Below are positions 1-7,190 of a DNA stretch of 64,000 nucleotides, piece after piece (within the stretch, counting starts at the first letter, position 1; every line of letters starts with the position of its first letter). The translations under genes were made by a program, and so were the position numbers. The stretch is taken from positions 1-64,000 of IMG/VR virus record IMGVR_UViG_3300030101_002616; one strand, 5' to 3'. Under the pieces are notes generated by a model that searched no databases, was not told the DNA's origin, and saw nothing but the letters and a program-made list of their open reading frames with translations. The stretch is from a virus.

Positions 1-377
1 TCAGTAGTTTCTACAATTTGAACTCGTAATGGGAACTCCTGTCCTTCAAAAGAAGCAATAGGATTAAGAACATTTACGACAAGTATTTCGTTGCCCATGT
101 CATCCATTTCCCAAGCTTGATCATCTCCAACTGAGATACCAAGTGCACTCTGTACATCCGCAGGTGTAGCTGGTTGCCACGCTCTACGCGCAGAGTTTCT
201 ACTAAATCTGTTATCAGATTGATTAAATACAAACGCAGCTGACAAGCCGCGAGATCCTTCTTTGACTTCTGCCAATTCCATTTGGACAAAGCCACCTTCA
301 ATCTTTCTAAATCTTGTAAGTAAAGTTTGACCTAGTTTTAGAGTGTTAAGGTCGCCACTGTGCAATAAATTTGCCAT
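1..377 (-). CDS. Hypothetical phage protein (partial, runs off the left edge)
   Basis: Read manually: ATG at 377, MANLLHSGDLNTLKLGQTLLTRFRKIEGGFVQMELAEV..., no stop before base 1; same AT-rich leader as neighbouring genes. Absent from the ORF track because it is truncated. Confidence 0.8.
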   Translation of the reverse strand, partial: MANLLHSGDLNTLKLGQTLLTRFRKIEGGFVQMELAEVKEGSRGLSAAFVFNQSDNRFSRNSARRAWQPATPADVQSALGISVGDDQAWEMDDMGNEILVVNVLNPIASFEGQEFPLRVQIVETT

Positions 378-397
378 GATAATAATGTTAATAATGA

Positions 398-637
398 TTA
401 ATAATAATAGATAATTGTTCCTTCGTGGTCAACAAATGTTTTCAGTGTCTCTGTTTCTTCAGTTTCAACTGGTTCTTCTATTGCGTGAAGGTCTTTGTGA
501 TTGCTTGTGCATTCACCTAGAAAATGTAAGGCATCTATCTCATCCCTAAAAGTTCTAGAAAATTTGTGTGTGTGATAGATTGGGTCACAATCGTGTTCAT
601 CACAACTGTTTGCAGTGTAAGTAACTACGTAGCGCAT
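398..637 (-). CDS. Small hypothetical protein (probable start MRYVVTY at 637)
   Basis: Inside track ORF 398..736; the ATG at 637 follows the CATTATTAAC leader motif and avoids overlap with the upstream gene. Confidence 0.65.
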   Translation of the reverse strand: MRYVVTYTANSCDEHDCDPIYHTHKFSRTFRDEIDALHFLGECTSNHKDLHAIEEPVETEETETLKTFVDHEGTIIYYY

Positions 638-707
638 GTTAATAATGTATAAAAGGTTAATAAATGTGGTTAGCTTAGCCGTCTTTACAGCGCGGCTACT
701 CTGTTTA

Positions 708-1166
708 TTATACGGCAATGCAAGTGCCATCATCAAAATCTGCTTTAGAAGCTTTCAAAAGATACTCTTCTACACCTTCTAGGTCAAGTCGTTCTAGAAC
801 TTCTCCCATCCATTCATCTGTATCACTAAGGTAAGTTAAATATCCAAAAGGATTTATCATCTGTCCCTCTGCATCAAATATTGCCATCTCATACTCATCA
901 TAATCTGCAAAAGTATGGTCTCCATTTATAATAGATACATACCATCCGTTATCAAAATCTATAATTGCTCTGTATTTGAAACTTGCAACTGTATTATGAT
1001 AGTTATAGTCTTTAAGCCATAAAAGATCTTTAAACTTTAATGTGTTATTATTAATTTTTGGTATTTTCTCGCCCTCTTCTTTAGGCCATGAGCCACCAAG
1101 AGGCAATGTCTTGTGATGATTTAATATATCAAATTGTTCATCTCTAAGTTTTAATGCGTTTTCCAT
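708..1166 (-). CDS. Hypothetical acidic phage protein, 152 aa
   Basis: Long ORF co-oriented with neighbours; AT-rich leader. Confidence 0.75.
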   Translation of the reverse strand: MENALKLRDEQFDILNHHKTLPLGGSWPKEEGEKIPKINNNTLKFKDLLWLKDYNYHNTVASFKYRAIIDFDNGWYVSIINGDHTFADYDEYEMAIFDAEGQMINPFGYLTYLSDTDEWMGEVLERLDLEGVEEYLLKASKADFDDGTCIAV

Positions 1167-1317
1167 GTCGTTTAAATGTAAGTAATGTTAATAATGTTAA
1201 TGTAATGGCAGGATGTATGATAACAAACAGCCATATGTTAATCTCTTTGTATGTAAGTCCTGTGATGTCAGACATCAAGTACATAGCACCTACACATAGG
1301 TCAAATAATTCTGCCAT
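1144..1317 (-). CDS. Small membrane protein, 57 aa (MAELFDLCVGAMYLMSDITGLTYKEINIWLFVIIHPAITLTLLTLLTFKRHGKRIKT)
   Basis: Translated manually, below the ORF-track cutoff; hydrophobic segment followed by a basic tail; TATTAAC leader upstream. Confidence 0.6.
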   Translation of the reverse strand: MAELFDLCVGAMYLMSDITGLTYKEINIWLFVIIHPAITLTLLTLLTFKRHGKRIKT

Positions 1318-1659
1318 AATATAAATGTTTTAAATGTTAATATAAAAGAGAGTACAGATCCTAGTCTTATTTCTGTATTTCACCGCTTATAATAATATCG
1401 GGATGGTGGTTATGTGCACTAACCAACTCTCTTTATGGGAAGCTACTAATCACTTCACTCCCTGTTATATCTCGTCCAACCTTTAGCATAAAGCTTAGTC
1501 AGTTGGTTAGGGAAAACCCGACGAGATTATCTTTTTAAATTACAATGTGATTTAACATAGCCCTTACCTGTTAATACTTTAGGTGATGAGCAAGATGTTA
1601 ACCACACCGCAAGGACAAAGAGTACAACTAGTACTCCAAAGTCCTTAAGTGTATAGTTA

Positions 1660-1893
1660 CTATTCATCTTTATCTAGATAATTTTTGTAACTCCAGTTAT
1701 CCTGTTTAGTTTGATACATTTCTGCACGCTTGACAGATCCTGCACATACTAATACACATACAGCTGCGCCACACGCATATAGTATTGAAGTAGAAGTAAC
1801 TGCAACAATACCAAATCCAATAGCACCAGCCATAGAAATTAAGCAAAGTAGTTGATAGCAGAACTTGAGTCTGCCGTAAGAATAATAAGACAT
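1660..1893 (-). CDS. Small two-TM membrane protein, 77 aa
   Basis: Two hydrophobic stretches; same leader motif as other leftward genes. Confidence 0.65.
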   Translation of the reverse strand: MSYYSYGRLKFCYQLLCLISMAGAIGFGIVAVTSTSILYACGAAVCVLVCAGSVKRAEMYQTKQDNWSYKNYLDKDE

Positions 1894-2021
1894 AATGTAA
1901 GTAATTAAAGTTAATAAATGTTATATAATGTAATAGGAACAAACCTATTCAATGTGAAAAAGTGGTAGGAAGTGGCGAATACAGTCTAGTATACACACTC
2001 TCGTATCGTAGTACAACCTAA

Positions 2022-2054
2022 CAAAAAATAAAAAGAAAGAGGCCTAAGCCTCTT
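2022..2054 (-). terminator. Rho-independent terminator
   Basis: Minus strand AAGAGGC-TTAG-GCCTCTT followed by TCTTTTTATTTTTT, just after the stop of 2060..2305. Confidence 0.8.
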
Positions 2055-2059
2055 GCTTG

Positions 2060-2305
2060 TTACAAAGTTACTTTATCAACAGTAGAATAATCGTTGATAG
2101 TAGCAATGATTTGACCGTCTTCACTAGTCACATAGTTAAAGTCTGCAATGTTCTTACACTCTTGCGAATTTTTACCAACAGGATAGTAGGTAGTCAAACC
2201 CTTACCATTAATACACGCAACAAAGTTGCCGTTAGGGCCGTGCACTAGCTCAGCCGATACATAGCCTGCTTCACGCAGGTAATCAATAAATTTGTTCATA
2301 ATCAC
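2060..2305 (-). CDS. Hypothetical protein, about 80 aa; first gene of the leftward block
   Basis: ORF followed directly by a terminator; start at GTG 2305 or ATG 2299. Confidence 0.75.
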   Translation of the reverse strand: MIMNKFIDYLREAGYVSAELVHGPNGNFVACINGKGLTTYYPVGKNSQECKNIADFNYVTSEDGQIIATINDYSTVDKVTL

Positions 2306-2392
2306 AATTGTTTAATAATTTAGCACGGGACTATCCCAATACTCGATACCTAGTGGGGGTCTTTGCAATAGTTGGTCTACGCTCTCAAAGAT

Positions 2393-2423
2393 TTTGGTGG
2401 TTAAAAATTTTTTAGTAGTTTTG
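2393..2423 (+). promoter_or_regulatory. Bacteroidota primary-sigma promoter (-33 TTTG, -7 TAnnTTTG)
   Basis: TTTG(2393-2396)-N19-TAGTTTTG(2416-2423), an exact match to the established Bacteroides/Flavobacterium consensus. Confidence 0.7.
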
Positions 2424-2719
2424 CATTCAGAAGCACACAATATGTGTATCACCCCAGAGGGCCGAGAGGTAGTTATGGGGTCAGACGTTGGATTGTAGAT
2501 CTTAAATAAAGATTAGAGTTTTCTCCAATAGCTTCTAAAAAGGCGGATATAGCCAACGGTTAGGGCACATTACACACAGGTAGGTGTGATGAATTAACAT
2601 CAGTATTAGTGTCCTTAGGTAGTCCAAAAGACAGCACTGCCAGCGGTAAAATTCCAACTGAAATTAGCAAATCTCCTAGGGTCTTCCTATATCCATATGT
2701 GAAGTTATTTACAAAACAC

Positions 2720-2751
2720 TTGCATTTGTAAATTATTTTATTATACCTTTG
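2720..2751 (+). promoter_or_regulatory. Bacteroidota primary-sigma promoter for the groES-led operon
   Basis: TTG(2720-2722)-N21-TACCTTTG(2744-2751), 26 nt before the groES ATG. Confidence 0.7.
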
Positions 2752-2777
2752 CAATATTGAACTAATAATAGATAACA

Positions 2778-3053
2778 ATGGCAAAAGAATTCACATTTAA
2801 ACCATTTGGTGCATGGATAGTAGTACCAAGACCTGATAAAAAGAAGACAGATGCAGGCATCATTCTAGATGACGAGACTGCAAGACAATTACAAACAAAC
2901 ATAGTAGAAGTATTGGCGGTAGGACCACAAGTTTCGCAATGTGAGAAAGGCGATAAGATTATGGTAGACCCAAATACAGAAGCAATGCTGATTCATATTG
3001 ATGAAGTGCAGTACTTGTTTGTTAATGAATTCCAAGTATTAGGTAAGTTCTAA
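2778..3053 (+). CDS. groES: Co-chaperonin GroES (Cpn10)-like protein
   Basis: KPFGAWIVV...KTDAGIIL...VLAVGP...KGDKIMV...YLFVNEFQVLG matches the Cpn10 pattern (mobile loop TxxGIIL, VxAVG). Confidence 0.85.
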   Translation: MAKEFTFKPFGAWIVVPRPDKKKTDAGIILDDETARQLQTNIVEVLAVGPQVSQCEKGDKIMVDPNTEAMLIHIDEVQYLFVNEFQVLGKF

Positions 3054-3319
3054 TGAAAGTGCCAGGAACAGTCACAATAAACCTGGACGACTACTTAGAA
3101 CTAGTAGAACATACCCACAAAACTAACGATCTAAAAGAAAATACGTCCAGAGCAGCCAAAGAAATGTCTGTGTTCTTGTCATTCTTGTGTACAAGAGAAG
3201 ATATATCTAAATATATAGACGAGTTTAATAGACAGTCTAAAACTGCTACTATTGTGTTAGAAAACGATAGAGCAACAATACAGTTTAAGGATGATCAAAA
3301 CAAAATTTCAGACAAATAG
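3053..3319 (+). CDS. Hypothetical protein, 88 aa
   Basis: TAATG-coupled to groES. Confidence 0.7.
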   Translation: MKVPGTVTINLDDYLELVEHTHKTNDLKENTSRAAKEMSVFLSFLCTREDISKYIDEFNRQSKTATIVLENDRATIQFKDDQNKISDK

Positions 3320-3482
3320 TTGGGAAGAGTTGTTTGCACTGTACGATGAATTTGAAAAAAAATTAGAAATGTGGTCAGAGAAGAATATTAATTGTACATG
3401 GGATATACAGGTTCTAATAGGGGACCATGAATATACTTTGATAGTTACAGTACAAGATGAAAGCGGAAAAGAAGAAGAATAA
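3291..3482 (+). CDS. Hypothetical protein, 63 aa
   Basis: Member of a chain of overlapping co-oriented ORFs. Confidence 0.6.
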   Translation: MIKTKFQTNSWEELFALYDEFEKKLEMWSEKNINCTWDIQVLIGDHEYTLIVTVQDESGKEEE

Positions 3483-3639
3483 AAGAAGAATATACATAGA
3501 CAATAAACCTATGAAGGTTGCATATGAAGTGTATGAACTTTTAGAAAACCAAAAGTTACAGATACAGCAGTATGAAGCTATACTTGCTGCATACTTAAAA
3601 GAAAAAGAAGAAGCGAATGGAACAGAAGATAACGATTAA
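3457..3639 (+). CDS. Hypothetical coiled-coil protein, 60 aa
   Basis: Member of the overlapping ORF chain. Confidence 0.6.
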   Translation: MKAEKKKNKRRIYIDNKPMKVAYEVYELLENQKLQIQQYEAILAAYLKEKEEANGTEDND

Positions 3640-3949
3640 CGTAAACTCTACACTAAAATATTTACAGTTTTGGAACGGCGTGTTTAATCTTACTACTACA
3701 GAGATACGAGTTTTAGCAACACTTGTAGATTCTGCTAATATACTTGAAGATCCTAACATATGCTCTGCTAAAGTTAAGAAAGCAGCTGCAAAAACTCTAG
3801 GATTAGTAGACTTTAATACACTGAACAACTATGTAAAGAAAATGAAAGATAAAAGAGCTATACGTAAAGAAGGCAAAAACTATATACTAAACAGACTGTT
3901 AGATTTAAGCACTAAAAAAGTAGAGGTAAATATTAACTGGAATGAGTAA
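3617..3949 (+). CDS. Hypothetical protein, possibly winged-helix DNA-binding, 110 aa
   Basis: LTTTEIRVLATL...TLNNYVKKMKDKRAIRKEG resembles a wHTH pattern; fold inferred. Confidence 0.55.
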   Translation: MEQKITINVNSTLKYLQFWNGVFNLTTTEIRVLATLVDSANILEDPNICSAKVKKAAAKTLGLVDFNTLNNYVKKMKDKRAIRKEGKNYILNRLLDLSTKKVEVNINWNE

Positions 3950-4241
3950 AGACAAGCTGCCTAGTATTTGGCAAATGACTAAGAGTTTTAGTAAAGATCT
4001 TACTAAATATATTTCTGAAGGAGCTCCTAATGTGAGTCCTGAGGATTATACAGCTAGATTATCTGACTGTAATAGTTGTGAGCATATAATAAGGGAGAGA
4101 ATGAGATGTGGTAAGTGTGGATGTTTGATAGAACACAAAGCAAAATGGAAAACAACTACATGTCCTATAAACAAATGGAAGGCACAAGACAATGGCAAAG
4201 TCAAAAAAGGAGATAATACAAACTCTGGCAACAAAGTATAA
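3942..4241 (+). CDS. Cys-rich putative Zn-binding protein (DUF6171-like)
   Basis: RLSDCNSCEH...CGKCGC...K...CPINKW pattern. Confidence 0.65.
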   Translation: MSKDKLPSIWQMTKSFSKDLTKYISEGAPNVSPEDYTARLSDCNSCEHIIRERMRCGKCGCLIEHKAKWKTTTCPINKWKAQDNGKVKKGDNTNSGNKV

Positions 4242-4407
4242 CTTACCTTTGGAAAAGGTAGAGAAGATTGTAAACAGTCAGTTTAAATATGTGACAAAGA
4301 TTATGTCAAACGGTAAGTTTGATAGTGTTAGACTACCATACTTTGGTAGATTCTACTCAAAGAAAGAAAGAAGAGATATATTAAATGGAACTACTGGAGA
4401 TAGTTGA
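4192..4407 (+). CDS. HU/IHF-like DNA-binding protein
   Basis: SKKEIIQTLA...VEKIVNSQFKYVTKIMSNG...VRLPYFGRF matches the HU/IHF N-terminal helices and LxxFGxF strand; IHF-like genes are typical of crAss-like structural blocks. Confidence 0.75.
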   Translation: MAKSKKEIIQTLATKYNLPLEKVEKIVNSQFKYVTKIMSNGKFDSVRLPYFGRFYSKKERRDILNGTTGDS

Positions 4408-4888
4408 TAACGTAGCAGTGCCTTCACCATATGCACTAAGTATTATAGAATTTAAGGACTTAGATTCCAAACAACTTGCATATGTTTACTTTATGTGCGA
4501 TCACAGGTCACCATATGCAGTATATGACTTAGAAGCTAGACATGATGAAGTTACATTAGGAGTATATGGTAAAGATTACAAAGTACCTACAAAAGTACAA
4601 GCAGCTTGTAGTGCATATAGAAAACTTAAAGAAACATCAGCGGTAAAGTTGTTAAATGCAGCTAGATCGTCTGTTATAAAACTACAGAAGTATTTTGAAA
4701 CTGTAGATCTTACGCTTATGGATGATAATGGTAGGCCTATATTCCATGCAAAAGATTTAGTTGCTAATTTATCTAAGATGGGTGATGTAGTTGATGGGCT
4801 ATCAAAACTAGAAGAGCAAGTAGCTAAACAAGAACAAATAAATACAAATACACGCGGGGGAGTTGTAGTTAACAAATATAGTTCGTAG
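4385..4888 (+). CDS. Conserved helical protein upstream of TerL (possible terminase small subunit)
   Basis: 167 aa, helical; the function is a positional guess only. Confidence 0.45.
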   Translation: MELLEIVDNVAVPSPYALSIIEFKDLDSKQLAYVYFMCDHRSPYAVYDLEARHDEVTLGVYGKDYKVPTKVQAACSAYRKLKETSAVKLLNAARSSVIKLQKYFETVDLTLMDDNGRPIFHAKDLVANLSKMGDVVDGLSKLEEQVAKQEQINTNTRGGVVVNKYSS

Positions 4889-4897
4889 ATTTGAGAG

Positions 4898-5176
4898 ATG
4901 GATTTTTTAGATGACATAGAAGATTATAATGCAGCAATGGATAATGCATACAACTTCGTCACAAAAAGAATAACTCTTGATGATATATTTGAAGAAGCTG
5001 ACTTAACTGGTAAGGTCAGCGAGTTCTATTTACCATTTGATCCAATACAAGGTGATGGTAGAGATGAAGCTACATTAGATCTGCTAATAGATCATTTTAT
5101 AAGCATAGAAGAATACGAAAAATGTCAGGAGTTACAGAACATAAAAGTAAAGTTTTCAAAGGAACCAAAGGACTAG
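4898..5176 (+). CDS. Hypothetical acidic protein with C-terminal UVR-like EEYEKC motif
   Basis: 92 aa; ...IEEYEKCQELQ. Confidence 0.6.
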   Translation: MDFLDDIEDYNAAMDNAYNFVTKRITLDDIFEEADLTGKVSEFYLPFDPIQGDGRDEATLDLLIDHFISIEEYEKCQELQNIKVKFSKEPKD

Positions 5177-7113
5177 CTCCAGCAGCTAGCAGGTACCTAA
5201 AAAACGGTTATTATACAGATGCACTACCTGGCACTAAGCCTTACTTTGAATATTGGGACGAAGAAAGACAGCGATGTCTGTATGGATATACACACAATGG
5301 TATAACTATTACAGGCAATCACTATTTTTATCTAAATTATTGTCCTATCGACAGATCTGTTGATGAAGAACTACCAGATGGTACAGTTATAGCGCGAAGA
5401 GAGCGTACATTCCCAGCATTTTACGACGGAGATTGGAAATATTTTACATCAGTAGACAGATGTAGGAAAGAAAACAAGCATATGACAGTGTTAAAAGCGC
5501 GTCGTAAAGGATTTTCTTACAAAGCTGCTGCTATGTTGGTACGTAACTACTTTCATGTGCGTAATAGTAAGAACTATGTCTTTGCAGGGCAGAAAGAATA
5601 CTTGATTGGGGATGGTTTACTGTCCAAGGCTTGGGATATTATGTCATTTGTAGATGACAATACAGCATGGACACAACCAAGACTGCGAGACAGAGAGATG
5701 CATAAGCAATCTGGGTACAAGAAAAATGTAAATGGTGCACTTGTAGAGATGGGTATGAAGTCACAGATCATAGGTGTATCATTAAAAGATGATCCAGACA
5801 AAGTACGTGGTAAAGCAGGTGAACTTATCTTTTTTGAAGAAGCAGGATCATTCCCAGGACTACTAAAAGCTTGGGAAGTAGCTATGCCAACTATGCGTCA
5901 AGGTAGTAAGACACTAGGTACTATGATTGCTTTTGGTACAGGTGGTACACAGGGTGTAGACTTTGCAGGTATGGAAGAACTATTTTACAATCCAGAGTCA
6001 TATGACTGCTTATCTTTTGCAAACGAATGGGATGATGGTGCTATGGGTACAGAGTGTGGATACTTTGTACCAATCTTTGAGAACTTAGAAGGATTTATAG
6101 ATGATGATGGTAACTCTAAGATAGAAGAAGCTACAGATTTTGAACAAGGTAATAGAAACAAAAAGAAAGGCACTAATGATCCAAAAGCATACGATCAGTA
6201 TATAGCTGAACACCCACTATGTCCTAGTGAAGCTACATTACAAGTATCATCAAATTTATTTGATATATCATCACTACAAGAACAATACAATAAAGTAAAA
6301 GCTAACAAGCTACATGCTATAGGTACAGCTGGTAGATTGTATTATAGTAAAGATAATAAGATAAAGTTTGAGCCTGATGGTGATGCTAGGCCAATCCTTC
6401 GATTTCCACATCGTAAAGAAGATAATCTGGTAGGAGCCATTGTTCTCTACGAAGGTCCTTATAGGAACCAGGAGGGACAAACTCCGCATAACCTATATGT
6501 AGTGTGCCATGACCCGTATGGACAAAACCAATCAGCAGACTCCAGCTCTCTTGGTGCTGCGTATGTGATAAAGAGAATAAATAATATATCAAAGCCTGAT
6601 GATTTAATTGTTGCTAGCTATGTAGGTAGGCCACACACGCAGGACGAATATAATAAAAATTTATTTATGCTAGCAGATTATTACAATGCAAAGATTGGCT
6701 TTGAGAATGATCGTGGTGCTGTAATACAATACGCTAGGCAACATAGAAAGTTGCACAGATTACAAGAAGAGTTTGAGATGTTAGATAAAAAAGAATTGAG
6801 ATCTAGAAATGTCAAACGTAACTTTGGTATGCATACTACAGAAGCTAGGAAAAGACAAGGTGAGTTATACATAAGAGACTGGTTGAATGCTGTAAGGTCT
6901 GATGATGGTGACACTATAACTCTTAACTTACACAAGATATATGATTTAGCTTTACTACAAGAGCTTATAAAGTTTAACCACAGAGGTAACTTTGACCGGG
7001 TGATGGCACTAATGATAGGTATGTACCACACCAGGGAACTTTACAATGCTGAAGTAAAAGAGATAATAGAAGACAATTCATCAAACGAATGGTTTGATAA
7101 GAATTACTACTAG
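5122..7113 (+). CDS. terL: Terminase large subunit
   Basis: Walker A-like LKARRKGFSY, Walker B LIFFEEAG, coupling FGTGG, RNase H-like nuclease HDPY...FEND...FDRVMAL; crAss-type N-terminus (YWDEERQRC..GY...ITGNHYFYLNY). Confidence 0.95.
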   Translation: MSGVTEHKSKVFKGTKGLAPAASRYLKNGYYTDALPGTKPYFEYWDEERQRCLYGYTHNGITITGNHYFYLNYCPIDRSVDEELPDGTVIARRERTFPAFYDGDWKYFTSVDRCRKENKHMTVLKARRKGFSYKAAAMLVRNYFHVRNSKNYVFAGQKEYLIGDGLLSKAWDIMSFVDDNTAWTQPRLRDREMHKQSGYKKNVNGALVEMGMKSQIIGVSLKDDPDKVRGKAGELIFFEEAGSFPGLLKAWEVAMPTMRQGSKTLGTMIAFGTGGTQGVDFAGMEELFYNPESYDCLSFANEWDDGAMGTECGYFVPIFENLEGFIDDDGNSKIEEATDFEQGNRNKKKGTNDPKAYDQYIAEHPLCPSEATLQVSSNLFDISSLQEQYNKVKANKLHAIGTAGRLYYSKDNKIKFEPDGDARPILRFPHRKEDNLVGAIVLYEGPYRNQEGQTPHNLYVVCHDPYGQNQSADSSSLGAAYVIKRINNISKPDDLIVASYVGRPHTQDEYNKNLFMLADYYNAKIGFENDRGAVIQYARQHRKLHRLQEEFEMLDKKELRSRNVKRNFGMHTTEARKRQGELYIRDWLNAVRSDDGDTITLNLHKIYDLALLQELIKFNHRGNFDRVMALMIGMYHTRELYNAEVKEIIEDNSSNEWFDKNYY

Positions 7114-7190
7114 TGTTATATTTATAATAGTATATATAAAAGATGTATACAGAGTAGAACAAGGTATTAATTTAATTAATTTTGCAAGAT

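Noticed and set aside
74-301. Track ORF of 75 aa on the minus strand
   Set aside because: Overlaps, in another frame, the longer edge-truncated ORF starting at 377, which has the proper leader.
1345-1434. tRNA gene
   Set aside because: Cloverleaf-like, but lacks the GTTCRA T-loop, D-loop GG spacing and a 7-nt anticodon loop on either strand; kept only as a candidate ncRNA.
2477-2700. tmRNA or group I intron
   Set aside because: The GGGGTCAGAC start is only superficially tmRNA-like; no T-arm/CCA end and no group I R/S core motifs seen.
2560-2784. Minus-strand 74-aa ORF
   Set aside because: TTG start, overlaps the groES start and its promoter, no leader motif.
5122-7113. Intein or intron in terL (common in Crassvirales)
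   Set aside because: Continuous 663-aa ORF with normally spaced motifs; no intein HN-C/S/T junction or LAGLIDADG motif seen.
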